Shown here piece after piece: positions 57,201-64,000 of a stretch of 64,000 bases of DNA. Under the pieces are notes generated by a model. That model worked only from the letters and a program-made list of their open reading frames with translations, was not told where the DNA came from and ran no database searches. The position numbers and the translations under genes were made by a program. The DNA lies in NCBI GenBank assembly GCA_947501605.1, contig CANMWZ010000004.1:128001-192000 (forward strand), written 5' to 3'. Every line of letters begins with the position of its first letter. The first letter of the stretch is position 1. The DNA comes from Planctomycetota bacterium (GTDB lineage: Bacteria > Planctomycetota > UBA1135 > UBA2386).

Positions 57201-59023
57201 TTTCCGAGCGGCACGCGATCCTGAACCAAGTCGAAGTGGTCCGTCGCGACTTGGACGCGGTGCAAGCCGAGCGCGAGCTCGTGGGCCGCGAGCTGGCTGC
57301 GGCAACGGCCGAGCGCGAGCGCTTCCGCCGCGAGTCTGAGGACGCGCGAGCGGATGGTGCTCGCCTGCGCGACGAACTTGGGTTGGCCAGAAACGTCCGT
57401 GATCACTACGCGCACCAACTGCAGGTGGCGGCGGCAGACCTGGAGCGCGAACTCGCAAGGTTGCGCGAACTCGAGAGCGCAGCGGCAGAAGTCCGTGAGT
57501 TGACCGAGGCGAAGCGGGAGCTGCTACGCACCGGCGCCGCGCTGCAGAGCACCATCACTTCGCTGCGCGACGAACTGTCGAAACTGGGCACGAGCCGCGA
57601 GTTCCGCAGCGGCAACTTCCTCTGGAACAAGCTGCCGTTGGGCTACATGTCCCGCCGCGGCAAGAAGTGGTACCGGCGAATGCTAGATGCCAAGAATCGC
57701 GGCCTGATGTGGCTGTCGCGCCTGTTCGGCCGGAGCAAGTCGACTACGGGCACTGCCGTAGTGGCGGCTTGCTGGCAATGGCCCATCTACTCCCACACCT
57801 TCGTCTATCAGGAGATGTTGGGCCTCACGCACATGGGGCTCGATCTCAAGCTCTTCCTGTGGGAGCAAGGCGACCTGGGGCAATTGCACAAGGCCTTCGA
57901 CTACCTGAAGGACCACAACGTGCAGTTGCAACCGGTGTGGGAGATTCATCTCCGCGATCGCGACCACTTCGAGAAGACCAAGCCGGGTCGACTGCGCGCC
58001 TTCCTGGAGAAAGTGGCGAAGGCCACGGGCCGCACCGTCGACGACCTCGAGAAGGAACCGATCGTCCTGCAGGGCTGCACGTTTGCTCGGATGGCCGAGA
58101 TGTCTGGGGCCAACTACCTGCACAGCTACTTCTTCTATGACCAGTCGTTCATGGTCATGCAAGCGGCCTTCCTGCTCGACATCCCGCGCGGGGTTTCGTG
58201 CTACGCCGATCACATGCTCGACGACTATCCGTGGAAGCTCGTGCCCCTGCAAGTCGAGCTGTCGAGCGTCGTCGTCGCCACCAGTGCGCGCATCAAGCGC
58301 GAGCTCTCGGCCAAGTCGAATGGCAAGTACGACGACAAGATCATCGTCAAGCCAAACGGCGTCGATGGCGCGCGCTTCCCGGCCGTGGCCCGGACGCCGC
58401 GCCAGCAAGGCGAGCCGTTCCATGTCGTCTCGATCTCGCGCATCGAGCCCAAGAAGGGGCTGACGCATCTCGTGGAGGCTGTTGCCGAGCTCAAGAAGCG
58501 CGGCAAGATCGTGGTCGCCCACGTCATCGGCTCGAAGGATTTGCACAGCAAGGGAAGTGCTGACTACGCCGAGCAGTTCGACCGTCTCATCCGGGACCTC
58601 GGCCTCGGCGACCAGATCGTTCAGCACGGTATGGTGAAGCAGGAGGACATGGCACCGATCCTGAAGCAGTGCCGCGCGTTCGTGGCGCCCTATGTCGAAC
58701 TCGGCTCCGGCGACAAGGACGGCATCCCGACGGCGATGCTCGAAGGGCTCGCATCCGGATTGCCGGTCATCACCACCAACTCGGGTTCGATCCTCGAAGT
58801 CGTCGACGATGGCGTCGAGGGCCTCGTCGTACCCCAGCGCAACAGTGTCGCGTTTGCAGAGGCGCTGGAGAAGCTCATCGGCGACCCTCTCCTGGAGCAG
58901 CGCATGTCCACCGCTGCGCGGGCGCGCTTCGATCGTGAGTTCGACATCCGAGTCACCGAGAAGCGTCTGCACGAGCGAGTTTCGCGGCTGCTGGCGCAGG
59001 CTCGGAAGAGCAAGAAGCGCTGA
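54290..59023 (+). CDS. Giant multidomain glycosyltransferase: SPASM-like + degenerate helical/barrel region + GT2 + coiled coil + GT4
   Basis: CTAP...DG...AC...VWQG..LR.LR...CGGC; VLIPSYRH..DDCSPD..LNSDD; heptad-rich linker; SRIEPKKG..GDKDGIP.AMLE. Confidence 0.85.
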   Translation: MNPAELPPSDLPMDRGALAATRRHLGLPASPSAEPSGESSEEARPVCTAPGAVLVVDADGALRACEFGSATLADGPSAGGRDLDWSAVWQGAPLRRLRVALTNGTLPGWHCGGCIRSCRAEGIHPQLPLLREYGAVAASTGKGGPHHLMVRVPSGPLAAGVDVLVASLLPRLQKLTLIADELVANGGLAELMARLRSLSPRPAVVLRIAAVGDADAAIDLLVGTGITEIEIELSSGAFAELETARVVAQSLGAALRARFVPTPAAWFELEDAALRCAVEPVVPLELRLEDGSGSVPLATVAVEDLAFVRACIATTWDRLGVEARPRSLGERAFSDLLARLRGLLQQQAAAALVEHAPAAMAAVALPPLHHSWCSSPARRDDWMRTVLGQGDHSVVRAWLQQQLASDDARARLVDTDWLRLLTQRVAAEVRMPQALEALRSLYADSKQRTALVAADAAFAERTPLAAFGGPWAVRLGLGRLKARKRPFAIPKANPAVAGSPDVTVLIPSYRHEDYVVDAIRSVLAQRGGGVQVLVVVVDDCSPDGTVQNARSVKDPRVTVSVNEENLGLGNSVLRALERVTTPFVAILNSDDVFHPDRIARCRAVLLANASVQLVTTGLALIDHDGTEITTANASLVLDGQQVYDWVHWYRGVTPPADLPPDQVFARLLESNFLATSSNLVVRTEWLRQQSESLRSLKYCLDWQLFLEAALEGALHHLPEPLAGYRLHATNTVWFREGRRWSYYLEVNRVASTALQRFAATGRADDEKGVMRVLDAIEAHLSRNRETDGYAMLLNSAVDSLRLDGLAAASAAVQQRIQNLNRAAEEVRVACDRARAEPAGGVDRHQALRILLGDLAAEQARSEHDLRQGLQGYCDALEGRLRECWDGRHQVENEKSMALGRVADLDRRTAELTQQVARIPELDRQSELLRMDSSALRTDNDALRTDNAAVRSDREAARVEVERGRQDLAIALSERHAILNQVEVVRRDLDAVQAERELVGRELAAATAERERFRRESEDARADGARLRDELGLARNVRDHYAHQLQVAAADLERELARLRELESAAAEVRELTEAKRELLRTGAALQSTITSLRDELSKLGTSREFRSGNFLWNKLPLGYMSRRGKKWYRRMLDAKNRGLMWLSRLFGRSKSTTGTAVVAACWQWPIYSHTFVYQEMLGLTHMGLDLKLFLWEQGDLGQLHKAFDYLKDHNVQLQPVWEIHLRDRDHFEKTKPGRLRAFLEKVAKATGRTVDDLEKEPIVLQGCTFARMAEMSGANYLHSYFFYDQSFMVMQAAFLLDIPRGVSCYADHMLDDYPWKLVPLQVELSSVVVATSARIKRELSAKSNGKYDDKIIVKPNGVDGARFPAVARTPRQQGEPFHVVSISRIEPKKGLTHLVEAVAELKKRGKIVVAHVIGSKDLHSKGSADYAEQFDRLIRDLGLGDQIVQHGMVKQEDMAPILKQCRAFVAPYVELGSGDKDGIPTAMLEGLASGLPVITTNSGSILEVVDDGVEGLVVPQRNSVAFAEALEKLIGDPLLEQRMSTAARARFDREFDIRVTEKRLHERVSRLLAQARKSKKR

Positions 59024-59028
59024 CGCGC

Positions 59029-60303
59029 ATGCGCCTCTGCTACGTCATCCACCAGTTCTTTCCTGATTGCCACTCGGGCACCGAACAGTACTGCCTCTGG
59101 CTGGCACAAGAGGCCGCGCGGCGCGGGGACGAGGTCACGGTGCTGTCGCTGCATTGGGATCACGATCGCGACTGGCCGCCGATCGAGTTGATCGAGCAGC
59201 CGTACGACGGCGTGCGCGTCGTGCGTCTCAAGCACTGGCGTCGGATCAACCCCAACGACGTGTTGCGCGACTACGAGAATCGCCACCTGGAAGGCTGGTT
59301 CCGTGCGGTGCTCGACGAGGTGCGCCCGGATGCGGTGCACTTCTTTCATCTGCGCCAACTCGGCTCGAACCTCATCCCGGTGGCGCGGGCTGCTGGGGCC
59401 AGGACCATCGTCAGTCTCACCGACTTCTGGTTTCTGTGTCCGCGATTTACGTTGCTGCGCGGCGATGGTTCGTTGTGCCAAGGGCCGCCGGACGAAGGTG
59501 CTGGCTGCGTTTCCTGCATGTATCCGGAGCTTCTGAAGGCACTGCCAGACGCAACGCCGGCCGCGCTGACCGACTCGGAGGGGGCGCGCTTGCGGGCGCT
59601 GCTCGACCGCAAGGCCGTGCAATTGCGCAATCTCGCCGGCGCCGATGCCGTGTTCGCGCCGTCGCAGTTCTTGCTCGAGACCTTCGTGCAGAATGGGTTC
59701 CCCCGCGAGCGGATCGCGCTGGTTCCGTACGGACTCGCGCCGGATCGGATTGTGGCGCAGGTCGTGCGGCGTCCGCGGTCGCCGTTGCGGTTGTCGTTCT
59801 GTGGTGTGCTGTCGCCGTGGAAGGCGCCGCACTTGCTGATCGAGGCGGTGCGCACGACCACGGCTGACGTCGTACTTCGCATCCATGGGCGCGTCGACGA
59901 ACCGTCGTTTCGTAGCTACATCGACGAACTGCAGCGGCATGCAGCGAGCGATCCACGCATCTGCTTCGCCGGGCCATACGCCCACGTGGATGCTGGCCAG
60001 GTGTTCGCCGATACCGATGTCCTCGTCGTCCCCAGCACGTGGTACGAGAACACGCCGTTCGTCGTGCTCGAGGCGTTCGCCGCGGGCGTCCCGGTGATTG
60101 CCTCCGATCTCGGTGGCCTCAGCGAAGTGGTGCTCGATGGCCAGAACGGGCTGCTGTTCACTGCCGGTTCAGTCGGATCGCTGCGAGCGGCGATCGAGCG
60201 GTTGGCTGGCGATGCGGCGCTGTACGCGAAGTTGTCACCGCGCGCGACGGCGACGGTTGCCGCCGGCTACTCGCGGTTCCGCAGCGCCTACGCGCGCGGC
60301 TGA
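59029..60303 (+). CDS. GT4 glycosyltransferase
   Basis: HQFFP..SGTE, LTDFWFLCPR, PSTWYENTPFVVLEA. Confidence 0.88.
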   Translation: MRLCYVIHQFFPDCHSGTEQYCLWLAQEAARRGDEVTVLSLHWDHDRDWPPIELIEQPYDGVRVVRLKHWRRINPNDVLRDYENRHLEGWFRAVLDEVRPDAVHFFHLRQLGSNLIPVARAAGARTIVSLTDFWFLCPRFTLLRGDGSLCQGPPDEGAGCVSCMYPELLKALPDATPAALTDSEGARLRALLDRKAVQLRNLAGADAVFAPSQFLLETFVQNGFPRERIALVPYGLAPDRIVAQVVRRPRSPLRLSFCGVLSPWKAPHLLIEAVRTTTADVVLRIHGRVDEPSFRSYIDELQRHAASDPRICFAGPYAHVDAGQVFADTDVLVVPSTWYENTPFVVLEAFAAGVPVIASDLGGLSEVVLDGQNGLLFTAGSVGSLRAAIERLAGDAALYAKLSPRATATVAAGYSRFRSAYARG

Positions 60304-60312
60304 GCGCGACCG

Positions 60313-61689
60313 CTAGCCGTTGAAGAGCTTCTTGAACCGTTGGAGCACGCCGCCGGGCACAGCGGACAGTTGCTGCTCGAGCTGCGCAATGCGATGGCGC
60401 AGTGCGTCCATCTCGGGATCCTTCTGCCTGCTGGCTTGCTCGGTGCGCTGCAGGCGTTGTCCGCTCGATTCGGTGGCCATGGGGCGACCGTCCAGAATGC
60501 CCTGGTAGAGGTCGACGCTTCGCTGCGCGATCGCGACGTCGGTGAGGCGCTTCTCGACTTCTTGGCGCGCGGCTTCACCACAGCGCTGGCGCAGAGGGTC
60601 ATCCTCGATCATTCGCTGCAACGCCTGGATGAACGACGCCGGGTCGCCGTTGTTGGCTAGCAGGCCCGTGCGCTCGTGCTCGATGAGCTCTGGCATGCCG
60701 CCGCAGTCGGACGACACGATGGCTCGGCCCGCGGTCATGGCTTCGATGCAAGAGTAGGGACAGTTCTCCCACAGGCTCGGGATCAGAAAGATCGAGCTCT
60801 GCTTCAGCAGGGCGCGCACTTCTGGGAGCGCCAACTGGCCCAGATAGAAGAACCGGTTCTGCAGTCGGTGTGCCTTCACCCACGGCAGGATCTGCTTCTC
60901 CATGAACCCGAACAGGTCGCGGCCCGCAAACACGAAGGCGATGTCGGAGTACTTGGCGAGCGTCGCCTCGACCATCCGTTGGACGATGTGGATGCCCTTC
61001 CGTTCTTCCATGCGGTTGGCGAAGAAGATGATCTTCTTGTCGCGCGGCAGGGCGAACTTGGTGAACACATCGATGCCCTCGTCGCGGTCGAACAGCGGCA
61101 CGTCGATGCCGTTCTGGATCACATGGATCGGATCCTTTTCGTGCATCTTCGCCGTGACCTCGTCGGCGAGGAACCTGCTGCAGGACGTCAGCACCGCGGC
61201 TTGGTTGATGGCGAGTTGCTCGGCAAAAGCGGTCAACACCCGGTCCGTCTTGGGGGTGTCGTAGATGTTCATGATCAGCCGCGCAGGCGAGTGGAAGCGC
61301 ACGGCGGTCGGGATCGTGAGCATTGTGCTCGACACCATCGCGTCGGCGCCGCACTCGGGGGCCTCGACAAAGTCGAACGGCTTCTTGCTGTGGGCCTTCT
61401 GCAGTACTTCGTAGGCGTCGGCGCCGGTCGTCACCCGGTTCTGGAACCACCACGCACGCGCCTTGCGCGCGTTGTCGAGAAGGGCGTTGATGCTGCCTTC
61501 GCGCTTGATGCGTGTGACTTTGACACCCTCGTGTTCGCTGTGGTGGATGCCAGGCTTGGTCGAGCCGGCGAACACGTGCACGTCGTGGCCGAGCTTGGCA
61601 AGCGCCCGCGCCTGGTAGAAGGCGTAGGTGCCGATCCCGCCGAAGCCGGTTTCTGGCGGATACTCGTAGGACAGGATCGCGATGCGCAT
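60313..61689 (-). CDS. GT4 glycosyltransferase
   Basis: SYEYPPETGFGGIGTY, RMEERKG, PSLWENCPYSCIEAM. Confidence 0.88.
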   Translation of the reverse strand: MRIAILSYEYPPETGFGGIGTYAFYQARALAKLGHDVHVFAGSTKPGIHHSEHEGVKVTRIKREGSINALLDNARKARAWWFQNRVTTGADAYEVLQKAHSKKPFDFVEAPECGADAMVSSTMLTIPTAVRFHSPARLIMNIYDTPKTDRVLTAFAEQLAINQAAVLTSCSRFLADEVTAKMHEKDPIHVIQNGIDVPLFDRDEGIDVFTKFALPRDKKIIFFANRMEERKGIHIVQRMVEATLAKYSDIAFVFAGRDLFGFMEKQILPWVKAHRLQNRFFYLGQLALPEVRALLKQSSIFLIPSLWENCPYSCIEAMTAGRAIVSSDCGGMPELIEHERTGLLANNGDPASFIQALQRMIEDDPLRQRCGEAARQEVEKRLTDVAIAQRSVDLYQGILDGRPMATESSGQRLQRTEQASRQKDPEMDALRHRIAQLEQQLSAVPGGVLQRFKKLFNG

Positions 61690-61739
61690 CGTGGGGGAGG
61701 AGTGCGGTCGTGGTCGATCGGGCTTCGTAGCGCCGGCCG

Positions 61740-62758
61740 TCAGGGCGTTGTCGGTAGCGATTGTTGCCAGCGCCACGCATCCTGCATGCACTGGTCGAGT
61801 GTGCGCGTGGCCTTCCACCCGAGCATGGTGGCGGCCTTCTCGGTGTCGGCGTAGGCGGCAATCACGTCGCCTGGCCGGCGCGGCGCGAACTCGTAGGCGA
61901 GTTTCGTGCCGGTGGCTCGTTCGAAGGCGTGGATCACCTCGAGCACGGTCGAACCCGTGCCGGTGCCGAGATTGAACACTTCGAGCGGCTCCTGCGACTT
62001 GCCCTGCATCAAGCGCTCCATGGCGGCGATGTGCGCTTGGCTCAAGTCGACAACGTGAATGTAGTCGCGGATGCAGGTGCCGTCGCGCGTCGGATAGTCG
62101 CGGCCGAAGACCTTCAGGGCGCCGCGAAGGCCGAGCGCACTCTGCGTGATGAACGGCACGAGGTTCTGCGGCACGCCTAGTGGCAGTTCACCGATCTTGG
62201 CCGAAGGGTGCGCCCCGATGGGGTTGAAGTAGCGCAGGGCGATGGCGCGGAAGCCGTGCGCCTTGGCGCCGTCGCGAAGGATCTCCTCGCCGATCTGCTT
62301 GGTGTTGCCGTACGGCGACTCGGCGGGCTTGATCTCGGCTTCCTCGCGGATCGGCAGCTGGTCCGCCTGGCCGTAGACCGTGCACGACGAGCTGAAGATG
62401 AAGGCGCACGCAGGGTTGGCCTTCACGTAGTCGAGCAGGTTGAGCAGCGAGCCGAGGTTGTTGCGGTAGTACTCGAGCGGCTTCTGCACCGATTCGCCGA
62501 CGGCCTTGTGCGCCGCGAAGTGGATGATGCCATCGAACTTCGGCTGCTGCGCGAGGAAGGCGCGGCACGCTGTCGGGTCGGCGAGATCGACATGGACCCA
62601 ATCCGGCTTCTTGCCAGCGATCGCCGTGATGCCGTCGAGCACTTCCTTGCGGGTGTTGGCCAGATTGTCCGCTGCGGTGCAGTGGTAGCCTCGTGCCAGC
62701 AGCTCGACGGAGGTGTGCGAACCGATGAAGCCCAGACCGCCGGTGACGAGGACGCGTT

Positions 62759-62762
<4 letters not shown>
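61740..62762 (-). CDS. galE: UDP-glucose 4-epimerase
   Basis: [46 protein letters not shown]. Confidence 0.95.
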
Positions 62763-63745
<983 letters not shown>

Positions 63746-64000
63746 GACGGTCTTGGTGCGTTCTCGGGTCGCGTTGCGAGGCAGCGTCGCCGCGCGTCGT
63801 TCGAGGCTACCACGAGGCGGAGAACCCGAAGCGGACGGGTTCGGAGAGCCCAAAGGGGCGACGCGGAGAGTTGTGCAAGGCACCGTTCGGAACGGCCGAT
63901 CGGCGCGGAGATGGTGGCGATCCCGAGGAAGTCGGGCAAGGCTCAGCACGAGAATGCGACCCTGCACGCGCTTCGTGCGGGCCGCATTCCAGGTCGCGGC

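Overview
High-GC bacterial chromosomal window. It is most consistent with a Planctomycetota lineage, inferred from the secreted proteins with a shared C-terminal domain, DUF1549/1553-like motifs and a small protein I recognise as planctomycete-type. About 53 probable CDS are present. They include housekeeping genes (class I aldolase, tpx, S9 peptidase, mazG, Fe-SOD, arfB, sthA, SDR, CDF transporter, IGHMBP2-like helicase), LPS-core-type transferase and kinase genes, and a methionine operon (metB-like, AK-HSDH fusion, metC-like, asd) led by a SAM-I-like riboswitch. Also present are an AT-richer three-gene islet (DUF5678-like protein, retropepsin-like protease, membrane-anchored protein), a complete chemosensory cluster (cheA-W-MCP-Y-R-X-B-X-Y), and an ~18 kb surface-glycan locus with a 1577-aa SPASM/GT2/coiled-coil/GT4 fusion. 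The main non-annotated signals are: (i) a sigma54 promoter followed ~80 nt later by an intrinsic terminator, a candidate novel sRNA at 9159-9265; (ii) a ~160-bp interspersed repeat with inverted ends, found twice; (iii) the atypical SAM riboswitch; (iv) the protease islet; (v) a shared C-terminal putative sorting domain; and (vi) frequent TANNNT boxes 6-10 nt before start codons. I saw no rRNA, tRNA, CRISPR array or transposase. All product calls come from motif recognition by eye; no database searches were run.
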